Virus record (IMG/VR): IMGVR_UViG_3300046804_003518
Location: 64,001-128,000 of that record
Strand: one strand, 5' to 3'
Length of the DNA stretch: 64,000 nucleotides
From: a virus
The notes under the pieces were generated by a model. That model was not told the origin of the DNA. It was given only the letters and a program-made list of their open reading frames with translations, and made no database searches. A program made the translations under genes and the position numbers. The stretch's first letter is position 1. Each line of letters starts with the position of its first letter. Below, piece after piece: positions 21,828 through 30,113 of the stretch.

Positions 21828-22378
21828 TGTGGATCAAGCAAGTATTCAATAAACAGTGGACTGATAGTGTCCATAAGTTAGCTGAAAAATATACAGATCA
21901 GCAAGGGGATTATGAGATTGTCTCTTTAAAGGACCCAACTAAAAAAGAAAAGAAGACAGAAAATTATTTAATGAGGGCAATCCCAACAGCTAAAGAAAGA
22001 CAGCTAGCTGATTTTGTAAAAGATACTGCGTTCAAAGCTAATTGTGAAATGTATGGATTCAATGTCTGGTTTGAAACAGATTCAATTCAATATACAACAT
22101 ATAAATCAGATACAAATATGGAATTTCCTCTCCACACAGACTCCGTGTGGTTTGGCAAGCCTGTCGTTCATAAGCTAACAATTGTAATTGGGTTAACAGA
22201 CAAGGATGAGTATACAGGGGGAGAATTTGTTATTGGGGGTCGAGCAGAAACAAGTATTAAGTTAACAGCTGGCCAAGCAATTGTTTTTCCTTCTATTATG
22301 TGGCATGGCGTAAAACCAGTGTTGACGGGAACCAGACAAACATTAGTGGCCTGGTATAAAGGCCCAAGGTGGATGTAA
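21827..22378 (+). CDS. 2OG-Fe(II) oxygenase (PKHD-like)
   Basis: HTD, KLT, YTGGEF, FPS..WHGV.PV..GTR..LV.W. Confidence 0.85.
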   Translation: MWIKQVFNKQWTDSVHKLAEKYTDQQGDYEIVSLKDPTKKEKKTENYLMRAIPTAKERQLADFVKDTAFKANCEMYGFNVWFETDSIQYTTYKSDTNMEFPLHTDSVWFGKPVVHKLTIVIGLTDKDEYTGGEFVIGGRAETSIKLTAGQAIVFPSIMWHGVKPVLTGTRQTLVAWYKGPRWM

Positions 22379-22379
22379 C

Positions 22380-22946
22380 ATGCTGCCAAAAATTATAGTA
22401 CGTCCAAACTTCTTTCCTGCATGGTGGTGTGATAACATAAACAACCACATGACCAATAATGTTCCACTAAGTGGGTTTGGAAAGAAGGGTGTTAGAAGGT
22501 GTGATGTAAGATTACTAACACCCAACATGAAGCCATATCAAGGTGTGTTTAATTCTATCATGGACTTTGCTAAGGCAAATATTGAGAACCTTGGTATTGA
22601 CATTGATTACAAGATTGATGGACCAATCCAACATATCACTTATAAAACTGGCCATCATGTAGGATGGCATGATGATACAATGAACTACAACATGGCTCTA
22701 AACAATCCTTTGTATAGCGACTTAAAAACCGATAGAAAGGTATCATTGACTGTCATGCTATCTGACCCTACAGATTACACTGGAGGCAATTTTGTGTTTG
22801 AAAAAGGTTACCCTTTAAACACAAAGGTTGAGGGTAAAGGTACCGTTGCAATGTTTACATCATACACACCTCACATGGTTACTGAAATTACATCTGGTGT
22901 GAGGAATATATTGTTTGTGTTTATAACTGGTCCTACATGGAGATAG
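22380..22946 (+). CDS. 2OG-Fe(II) oxygenase (PKHD-like)
   Basis: WHDD, RKVSLTVML, YTGG.F, F.S..PH.V..ITSG.R. Confidence 0.85.
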   Translation: MLPKIIVRPNFFPAWWCDNINNHMTNNVPLSGFGKKGVRRCDVRLLTPNMKPYQGVFNSIMDFAKANIENLGIDIDYKIDGPIQHITYKTGHHVGWHDDTMNYNMALNNPLYSDLKTDRKVSLTVMLSDPTDYTGGNFVFEKGYPLNTKVEGKGTVAMFTSYTPHMVTEITSGVRNILFVFITGPTWR

Positions 22947-22989
22947 TTGAAAAAATCTACTAGTTGATGTATACTTACAATTATAAATA
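22947..22989 (+). promoter_or_regulatory. Tandem sigma70-like and late promoters for queE
   Basis: TTGAAA-N17-TATACT (22947-22975) then TATAAATA (22982-22989). Confidence 0.65.
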
Positions 22990-23011
22990 TGTTTAATTTG
23001 AGGCTTCTGTA

Positions 23012-23932
23012 ATGCAAAAAGAATATCATTATTCTGAGATCTTCTATTCTGTTCAAGGTGAAGGTCGATACACTGGTATACCAACTGCTTGGTTAAGATA
23101 CTTCCTCTGTAATCTCCAGTGTGATGGGTTTGGTCAGAAAGATCCAACTGACCCTAAGACATATAAACTTCCTTATAAAGAAATGAACGTCGACTTCATT
23201 AAGAGAGTTGAAGACCTTCCTGTATGGAAGTATGGTTGCGATTCTTCCTACTCTTGGGCAAAGAAGTTTAAGCACTTAATGCATAAGGGTACTCCTGAGT
23301 ATATTGCTAACCAAATTCTTGGTTACATTAGAACAGAACACAATACAGAGGCAAGATTTGATCATCCATCAGGTCAGCCTATTCATATGTGCTTTACAGG
23401 TGGTGAGCCTTTAATGAAGCACGCTCAGGATTGTACTGTTGGAGTTCTAGATTACTTTGATAGTATTAAGAATAGTCCTAAATTTGTTACATTCGAGACT
23501 AATGCTACACAAGCTCTGAAGCCAGAGTTTAGTAACTTTATGACTAACTGGAGAGAGATGGGTAGAGAGATTTTCATTTCATCTTCCCCTAAGCTCTGGA
23601 CTACTTCCGGCGAAACAAACAAGGATGCTATCATTCCTGAGGTATTAGCTGAGTATCATTCTCTTTCTAAAGGCCATGGACAGATTAAGTATGTTGTCAA
23701 TGGCAAGAAAGAAACATGGGATGAAGTTGAACACGTAACGAACGAGTTTAGAAAGGCTGGAGTTACATTCCCTGTTTGGATTATGCCAGTTGGTGCCACA
23801 GAAGAAGGCCAGACAGGTGAGCTAGAAGGTTACATGAGTGCTGGTGCTATTGCTGAAGAAGCCTTTAAGAGGGGCTATAATGTATCGGCAAGAGTCCATG
23901 TGTATTTGTGGGGTAACACAATTGGAGTCTAA
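23012..23932 (+). CDS. queE: 7-carboxy-7-deazaguanine synthase (radical SAM)
   Basis: SEIFYSVQGEG, CNLQC...CD (long Cx-insert form), FTGGEPL, ETN, SPKL, R.HVYLWGN. Confidence 0.93.
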   Translation: MQKEYHYSEIFYSVQGEGRYTGIPTAWLRYFLCNLQCDGFGQKDPTDPKTYKLPYKEMNVDFIKRVEDLPVWKYGCDSSYSWAKKFKHLMHKGTPEYIANQILGYIRTEHNTEARFDHPSGQPIHMCFTGGEPLMKHAQDCTVGVLDYFDSIKNSPKFVTFETNATQALKPEFSNFMTNWREMGREIFISSSPKLWTTSGETNKDAIIPEVLAEYHSLSKGHGQIKYVVNGKKETWDEVEHVTNEFRKAGVTFPVWIMPVGATEEGQTGELEGYMSAGAIAEEAFKRGYNVSARVHVYLWGNTIGV

Positions 23933-24467
23933 TTTTGAGCAGTTAGAAATCCTCAGTAGGGAGGATATAGAATATCTTAAACAAATGTATGAGAGATATC
24001 CCAAACAATTTTGGACTAGGGATTTCAATTTGTTTAATTTATATAAGTGTGACATACCAAGACAAATGAATGCTCAAGATTTGGATTTTATGAGGATGGT
24101 CTCTAATAAAATTAAACATCATGTTGAGTTTAAGAATGATGCAGCACATTACTTTTTAAAGTATGTTCCTAATTCCTTCACAGTTGTTCATGTAGATAAT
24201 CCTCAAAGAATTAAAAGAACAGCAGTAACACTAATAGATGCTTCACCAGATTTAGTTGGTGGTGATGTTGTTTTACTTAGAGATATTGCAAAGAGTGAAT
24301 TGGTTTCAGGTCCACTCCGTCCTGAATCACCAGTACCAAATGTTAAAGTTCCGATTGTGGTTAAGTCCAAACTAGGCTCAACTCTAATATACAATTACAA
24401 TGTTAAGCATGGGGTTAGTAAAGTTGAACAGGGATATCGTTTAGTTCTTATATCATGGTTTAATTAA
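23922..24467 (+). CDS. 2OG-Fe(II) oxygenase (start uncertain; ORF track 23838)
   Basis: HVD...GGD...KHGVSKV..G.RLVLISW. Confidence 0.7.
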   Translation: MESNFEQLEILSREDIEYLKQMYERYPKQFWTRDFNLFNLYKCDIPRQMNAQDLDFMRMVSNKIKHHVEFKNDAAHYFLKYVPNSFTVVHVDNPQRIKRTAVTLIDASPDLVGGDVVLLRDIAKSELVSGPLRPESPVPNVKVPIVVKSKLGSTLIYNYNVKHGVSKVEQGYRLVLISWFN

Positions 24468-24468
24468 T

Positions 24469-24930
24469 ATGAAGAAAATTAAGTATACAAAAAAGCAATT
24501 TGATAATGACATTGAAGTTCTTGTCAAGAAAATCAAGAAGTCAAAAATAAACTTTAGTTACATTGTGGCACTATCAAGGGGCGGATTGATCCCTGGTGTT
24601 GTACTATCCCACAAGCTAAATTTAAAGTTAGTTCCAATTAATTGGTCCCTAAGAGACCATGGAGAAAAGGAATCCAATCTTTGGATTCCAGAAGATATTG
24701 GTAATGGTAACAATGTCCTCGTTGTCGATGATATAATTGATAGCGGTGAGGCTATTAAGACGTTGCTAGAAGATTGGAATTTATCAGCATGTGATAAGCT
24801 CGATTATAGTAGAGTGTTTGTCGCCTCCTTGATTTATAACAAGGATCAGAGTATAGTGCCTGAGTTTTATGGCACAAAAATTTCAAGAAAGAAGACTCCA
24901 GAATGGTTTGAGTTCTGGTGGGAGGTTTAA
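24469..24930 (+). CDS. Type I phosphoribosyltransferase (Gpt/xanthine-guanine PRT-like)
   Basis: LSRGGLIPG, PRPP-binding VLVVDDIIDSG, C-terminal W..F.WE. Confidence 0.85.
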   Translation: MKKIKYTKKQFDNDIEVLVKKIKKSKINFSYIVALSRGGLIPGVVLSHKLNLKLVPINWSLRDHGEKESNLWIPEDIGNGNNVLVVDDIIDSGEAIKTLLEDWNLSACDKLDYSRVFVASLIYNKDQSIVPEFYGTKISRKKTPEWFEFWWEV

Positions 24931-25395
24931 ATGGTAAGTAATTTTTATTCGACGAAAAGGATTGGACCAATCTCCACTGGTCATCGTCAATGGAGAGACA
25001 ATGGCCATTGTAGATGGGCCCATGGTTATGGCCGATATGTTAAGCTGACATTTGGATGCAGCACATTAGATGATAAAATGTGGTGTATGGATTTTGGTGA
25101 TCTTCGTTGGGTTAAGAAGTGGCTAGAAGAGCAGTGGGACCATAGAATGCTTATTGCCTCTGATGATCCTCTACTTCCTGAGTGGGAAAGAATGCATGCG
25201 CTTGATGGTATTAACATTAACGTAATGGATGTTACAAAGGGTCATGGTCCTGGTATTGAGGGTTCATGTAAGTTTGTATTTGATAACATAAATCCTAAAG
25301 TTCAAGAGTTGACTGAAGGCCGTGTTTGGGTGGATACTATCGAGATCTTCGAACACGAATTCAATTCAGCTATCTACATTAACCCTGAGGTGTAA
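24931..25395 (+). CDS. queD: 6-carboxy-5,6,7,8-tetrahydropterin synthase
   Basis: H....C..AHGY, MDFG.L, DH, T-fold size, E...NSA C-terminus. Confidence 0.88.
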   Translation: MVSNFYSTKRIGPISTGHRQWRDNGHCRWAHGYGRYVKLTFGCSTLDDKMWCMDFGDLRWVKKWLEEQWDHRMLIASDDPLLPEWERMHALDGININVMDVTKGHGPGIEGSCKFVFDNINPKVQELTEGRVWVDTIEIFEHEFNSAIYINPEV

Positions 25396-25397
25396 AA

Positions 25398-26345
25398 ATG
25401 GGTATTGATTACTCCAGCAAGATGCCAGATCTTGTATTTAATTATGATGACAAGTTTTATTGTGAGGAGTTACCTGACCCTCAAGTTAATCCAGTTCTAC
25501 CTGGCGCAAGAGTTCCTCTCCGTAAGGTAGGTATTGCTCCAGTTGACCTTCCTATCATGGTCAAGCGCCGTGATGGTAACACACAGCAGTTGCAGGCAGA
25601 AGCCAGCCTTTATTGCTCTTTGGATGACCCTAATGCTAAGGGATTGAATCTTTCGAGACTCTATCTCATCATGCATAATAAGATCAAAGACCACCTTTCG
25701 ATCGATGGCATCCAAGGAGCATTAAAGGAGCTTGCTGAGAAGCAAAATAGTAAGAATGCCTATTGTAAGCTTCGCTTCAAGTATCCTTGGACACAAGAGG
25801 CTCTTCGTTCTCGTAGAGACGAAAATCCAGAAGAAAAGCTTCGTGGTCATATTGCCTATAAGGTTGAACTAGAAGGTCAGTATCGTAGTGGAGAGTATAA
25901 GTTCTTCATTACTATTGATTATGTCTATAGTTCAACTTGTCCGTGTTCGTTTGAGTTGGCCTATGATGCACGCACTCATAGGCAAGCTGCTGCTAATGCT
26001 CATAGCCAGAGATCTATTCTAAAGGTCAAGGTTGAGTTTGACCCAAGTAAGATCATTTGGTTTGAGGACATTGTAGAACTTTGCAGAAAGCATATTCCAA
26101 CCGAAGTTCAGATTGTTGTTAAGAGACGAGATGAACAAGCGTTTGCCGAACTAAATGGTGCCAACCTGTTGTTCTCTGAAGACGTTTGCCGTATCATGTA
26201 CGCTGCGTTGGACGAATGGTATGACAAGGGTCGTATTAAGGACTTCTCTCTAGCTGTATCGCATGAAGAGAGTTTACATCCTTGGAATGCTATTGCGGTC
26301 ACTTCTAAGTTCAATCCTAGTGAGGTTCCTGGATGTCTGGTCTAA
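25398..26345 (+). CDS. folE2: GTP cyclohydrolase IB (FolE2)
   Basis: KVGI, G.N.SRL, STCPCS, AHSQRS, F.ED..R, EESLH. Confidence 0.92.
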   Translation: MGIDYSSKMPDLVFNYDDKFYCEELPDPQVNPVLPGARVPLRKVGIAPVDLPIMVKRRDGNTQQLQAEASLYCSLDDPNAKGLNLSRLYLIMHNKIKDHLSIDGIQGALKELAEKQNSKNAYCKLRFKYPWTQEALRSRRDENPEEKLRGHIAYKVELEGQYRSGEYKFFITIDYVYSSTCPCSFELAYDARTHRQAAANAHSQRSILKVKVEFDPSKIIWFEDIVELCRKHIPTEVQIVVKRRDEQAFAELNGANLLFSEDVCRIMYAALDEWYDKGRIKDFSLAVSHEESLHPWNAIAVTSKFNPSEVPGCLV

Positions 26346-26725
26346 AAGATCCGTACGATTATCGCTTCCGTGGCGTTTATGGTGTCTACAATGATGCTGG
26401 AGAACTAATGTATGTTGGTTCAACATCTCTAGGTCTAAAGGTTTTGGAAGAGAACCATAGGAAGGCTAGAGAGAAGGGTTATGACATGACTAAATTTAGG
26501 ACTCTTCTTGAACTTGAAGAAAATAAGTCATGGAATTTTGTATGGTTAATTAAGCCATACAACTGCCAGCAACCACATATTGAGTTTGCCGAACAAACTC
26601 TCATTGAAGCAATGAATCCAAAGCACAATGTTGACAAGACACCATACAAGTCATCAATCTGCTACGACAGATATGCTGATGTTTTACAAGTGTATGGTGA
26701 AGAGTTGGAGTACTTAAATGATTAA
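26333..26725 (+). CDS. Compact GIY-YIG endonuclease
   Basis: GVYGV...MYVGST, conserved E (AEQ) and NPKHN. Confidence 0.75.
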   Translation: MSGLKDPYDYRFRGVYGVYNDAGELMYVGSTSLGLKVLEENHRKAREKGYDMTKFRTLLELEENKSWNFVWLIKPYNCQQPHIEFAEQTLIEAMNPKHNVDKTPYKSSICYDRYADVLQVYGEELEYLND

Positions 26726-27107
26726 GAAAAAGATTTGGGTCACGTTCCAGAAGGAAGGCATCCATTGCTATCCTGCTGCTGCAACAGATGAGAAGCTAAA
26801 GGATGTTGCATTCCTAGCCAATCCCCATAGACATATGTTCCACTTTAAGGTATATCTTGAAGTGTTCCATGATGATAGAGATGTTGAGTTTATCTTGTTG
26901 AAGCGAGAGCTCGAAGGTCTATATGGAAATGGAACATTGAAGCTTGACTTTATGTCTTGTGAGATGATTGCAGATGAACTTCTTGCATATCTAAAGAACC
27001 AATACCCAGGTCGTGATGCAACCATTATTGTGAGTGAAGATAATGAGAATGGTTGTGAGCTTGTTTATGAGCGATACATTCCTGTTCAATCAATGAAGGA
27101 TGAATAA
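26718..27107 (+). CDS. QueD paralogue (T-fold), DpdL-like putative CDG decarboxylase
   Basis: LANPHRHMF (LxxxHRHxF), DRDVEFI, SCEMIA, VSEDNENG; DpdL match is from recollection and was not searched. Confidence 0.7.
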   Translation: MIKKKIWVTFQKEGIHCYPAAATDEKLKDVAFLANPHRHMFHFKVYLEVFHDDRDVEFILLKRELEGLYGNGTLKLDFMSCEMIADELLAYLKNQYPGRDATIIVSEDNENGCELVYERYIPVQSMKDE

Positions 27108-27590
27108 TTAAACTAACAGCTTATTTCCTTTTTGAAGATTCTCTTGTGAAGTAAGTATTTGGAGGTTCCATGGCACGTGAAGTCCGCATACATCAGGATG
27201 ACGAAGGGGTATAATGTGATCAACGTGATGGTCTTTAGGACAAGAATTGTATATAGCGCGGATGTCCTCCTTAAAGAATTGGCTAATTGGTTGTCGAGCT
27301 GCCTTCCTTCGCATAGAAGAGTCGTAATTATTCCATTTACGGCCAGCTTCAGATGCTCGCCATTTCTTCCCCGACTCTCTAAATGTTTCTTTGAGATTAT
27401 CGTATGAATAATAGTCACCGTATTTTGTTCGCTGTAAGTGCGAGTGGTCTTTTGACCACTCTATGTAGGACTTCTTATGTTTTTCATAATTACGTTTCCA
27501 ATAGTCTGGGTCAGACTTCTTTTTCTTCAAGCGCCATTCTTTAAGATATGCTAAACGCTTTTCACGTTCTTCCAATGTTTCTTTTTTCAT
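27108..27590 (-). CDS. HNH homing endonuclease (free-standing, antisense)
   Basis: HHVDHIIPL...GLHVPWNLQIL...N..K.N; the only clear minus-strand gene in the window. Confidence 0.88.
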   Translation of the reverse strand: MKKETLEEREKRLAYLKEWRLKKKKSDPDYWKRNYEKHKKSYIEWSKDHSHLQRTKYGDYYSYDNLKETFRESGKKWRASEAGRKWNNYDSSMRRKAARQPISQFFKEDIRAIYNSCPKDHHVDHIIPLRHPDVCGLHVPWNLQILTSQENLQKGNKLLV

Positions 27591-27591
27591 G

Positions 27592-27620
27592 TTGAATCAA
27601 CAGATGATTTGTGATATAAT
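27592..27620 (+). promoter_or_regulatory. Sigma70-like promoter for the DpdA-like gene
   Basis: TTGAAT-N17-TATAAT with TGn extension. Confidence 0.65.
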
Positions 27621-27665
27621 TATTTATGAAATCATGTATTTTGCCACATTTGTAGGAGACAAGTA

Positions 27666-28520
27666 ATGGTAAATTTTGCTCATATAGCCCCCATAGACTT
27701 CCTTGGATTAGTCAAGGATAGACCAGCCCACTTAACACTTGCTCATCTTGTTGATACAAGTAATGAGTATACAGAGTTTTATAGAGCTCAAAACAACAGT
27801 CTCAACATTATGGACAATAGTGCATTTGAGATGTATAAGCAAGGTAAGCCAATGCTAACTCCAATGAAGGTATTGGAGATGGCAACCATCATCAAGGCTG
27901 ACTATGTTGTGATGTCTGACTATCCAGGAGAGCATTCTTCTAAAACTATCCAAGCTGCTATCGATCTTGCCCCATTGTTTAAAGGTCAGGGGTTTGGTAC
28001 ATTCTTTGTACCTCAATCTAAGATTGGTGATATTGAGGACTTAATTAGTGCCTTTGATTGGGCATCAACATCTAAGCATGTTGACTACATTGGTGTATCC
28101 ATTCTTGGTGTACCCAATGCATATAGTGTAGAGAAGGGTAATAAGCTTCAGCGCTTTGTTGCTCGCTTTATGTTCATGCAAGAGTTATATGACCGTGGCA
28201 TTCTTCAGCGTATTCGAAGAAACAAAAAGAAGATCCACTTCTTAGGTATGGTTGATGGTCCAAATGAAATTAAGTTGATGGAACCATATAGAGACTATAT
28301 CGACACATGGGACAGTAGTGCTGGTGTATGGCTAGGATTGAATGGTGGAACATTTGATGGTAGTCCAACTGGTATCATTGATGGTAAGTTTGAACTAGAA
28401 GTAGACTTCGATCTCAAACAATCTCAAGTCTCCATTGACAATTACAAGCTAGCCAAGTATAATATGGACTACATTGATAGCATTGTAACCAAATATTTAA
28501 ATGATGATGCAGGATATTAA
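27666..28520 (+). CDS. dpdA: DpdA/TGT-like DNA guanine transglycosylase
   Basis: IMDNSAFE, SDY, VPQ, IHFLG, TWDSS TIM-barrel motifs; located in the que cluster. Confidence 0.7.
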   Translation: MVNFAHIAPIDFLGLVKDRPAHLTLAHLVDTSNEYTEFYRAQNNSLNIMDNSAFEMYKQGKPMLTPMKVLEMATIIKADYVVMSDYPGEHSSKTIQAAIDLAPLFKGQGFGTFFVPQSKIGDIEDLISAFDWASTSKHVDYIGVSILGVPNAYSVEKGNKLQRFVARFMFMQELYDRGILQRIRRNKKKIHFLGMVDGPNEIKLMEPYRDYIDTWDSSAGVWLGLNGGTFDGSPTGIIDGKFELEVDFDLKQSQVSIDNYKLAKYNMDYIDSIVTKYLNDDAGY

Positions 28521-28521
28521 T

Positions 28522-28806
28522 ATGGCAGAAGTGAAGTATAGATTTAGAGAAGATAAGGTCTTGATTGAGGCCTTAAAGTATATTAACGGAACCTATCAGC
28601 AGCATTATGTTGGTAAGGAGGAAGTCCAGACGATTGATGTTTGGAATTCATTAGGTAGTGTTGATACTACTGCAAGAGATACTGCTATTAAGTATCTAAT
28701 GAGATATGGTAAGAAGGATGGATACAATAAGAAGGATTTGCTCAAGGCTATCCATTACATTGTTCTTCTTTACCACTTTACCCAAGCAGAGGAGCCAAAA
28801 GAATGA
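28522..28806 (+). CDS. DUF3310-like protein
   Basis: HY...QTID...AIKYLMRYGKKDG..KDLLKAIHY. Confidence 0.75.
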   Translation: MAEVKYRFREDKVLIEALKYINGTYQQHYVGKEEVQTIDVWNSLGSVDTTARDTAIKYLMRYGKKDGYNKKDLLKAIHYIVLLYHFTQAEEPKE

Positions 28807-29297
28807 TGATTCATATTATGGGTGAGCATGATTCTAAGCTCACAAATGTCCAACCAGGTGATGTTCAACCTAATGCTGTTGACCTAAGGCTTGGTAAAGT
28901 TTTTAGAATTCTCCCCAATGTGTGTACTCTATCTGAAAAACAGAAGGGCCACAGAGGTTCTGTCGAGCTACAACCAGACGATCAAGGATTCTGGCATCTT
29001 GAGCCAGGTACGTATGAAGTCGTGATGGAGAACATTATCGAAGTGGGTCAGGGTGAAGCTGGATGGGTTATTACTCGTTCAACTCTAAACCGTAACGGTA
29101 TCTTCCTAACTTCTGGTCTATATGATTCTGGCTATCATGGCGTAATGGCTGGCGCAATGCATGTACATTGTGGACCATTTAGTATCCAAAAAGGAACTAG
29201 AGTAGGCCAATTTTTATTATTCAAGGCTGAGAGCTTACATAAATATGATGGTAGTTATGGCTTGAATAAAGAGCATGATAAAAAGTATGGTGTATGA
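28803..29297 (+). CDS. dCTP deaminase/trimeric dUTPase family protein
   Basis: QPNAVDLRL, RSTLNRNG, YDSGYHG, R.GQ. Confidence 0.85.
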   Translation: MMIHIMGEHDSKLTNVQPGDVQPNAVDLRLGKVFRILPNVCTLSEKQKGHRGSVELQPDDQGFWHLEPGTYEVVMENIIEVGQGEAGWVITRSTLNRNGIFLTSGLYDSGYHGVMAGAMHVHCGPFSIQKGTRVGQFLLFKAESLHKYDGSYGLNKEHDKKYGV

Positions 29298-29796
29298 TTT
29301 GATTGACCACAAGAGTGCAATCTTAGAGCAGGAGTTGCCTCTTTTTGATTTTGAAAATCCTCCTGTCGATCCAATGGAGCTTGCCAAGAATCTTCTTGAG
29401 ACAATGCGTCACCACAAGGGGATCGGGCTATCAGCTAATCAAGTAGGACTTCCATATAGAGTGTTCATTATGGAAGGTGAACCTGCATTTGCGTGTTTTA
29501 ACCCAAAGATTGTTGATGTTTCAGAGGAAGTTGTTTCTCTCGTAGAAGGATGTTTATCATACCCAGGTGTTGCTGTTCCTGTGAAGAGACCAGCTCACAT
29601 TCGTGTTCGCTTTTCAGCACCAGATGGTAATACAATGACGAGAAAGTTTACTGGCATGACAGCTAGAATATTCTTACATGAGTATGACCATCTCCAGGGA
29701 ACAAATTTTCTTCAGAAGATGCACCCTGTACATAAAGAAAAAGCTTTAAGACAGCTAAAGAAATATACACGTTATTTGAAAAACCAACAGAGGTAA
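29287..29796 (+). CDS. def: Peptide deformylase
   Basis: GIGLSANQVG, EGCLS, HEYDHLQG. Confidence 0.95.
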   Translation: MVYDLIDHKSAILEQELPLFDFENPPVDPMELAKNLLETMRHHKGIGLSANQVGLPYRVFIMEGEPAFACFNPKIVDVSEEVVSLVEGCLSYPGVAVPVKRPAHIRVRFSAPDGNTMTRKFTGMTARIFLHEYDHLQGTNFLQKMHPVHKEKALRQLKKYTRYLKNQQR

Positions 29797-29801
29797 TTGT
29801 A

Positions 29802-30107
29802 ATGAATATTAAAATTGTTAAGTTAGTAAACGGTGACGAGATCATTTGCGATCTTGAAGAGACCAAGACAAAGTTGAAGTTGAAGAAGCCTTTGCTTCTC
29901 GCCTTCCAGGAAAACCGCTTGGTATTTGTTCCATTCATGCAGTATACAACTGCAATGGAAGGATTTGAACTTCTACCAACAAGCGTATTGTTTGTAACTG
30001 ATCCAGTTGATTCTCTAATCAATGACTATCAGATGGCCACAAGCCAGATCTTAACTCCACCACAGGCTGCGGGTGGCAAGAAGAGTCTCCTTCGCGCAGT
30101 GGAGTAA
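29802..30107 (+). CDS. Hypothetical protein (Sm-like)
   Basis: IVKLVNGDEII pattern; GAGG RBS. Confidence 0.65.
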   Translation: MNIKIVKLVNGDEIICDLEETKTKLKLKKPLLLAFQENRLVFVPFMQYTTAMEGFELLPTSVLFVTDPVDSLINDYQMATSQILTPPQAAGGKKSLLRAVE

Positions 30108-30113
30108 TATCTA

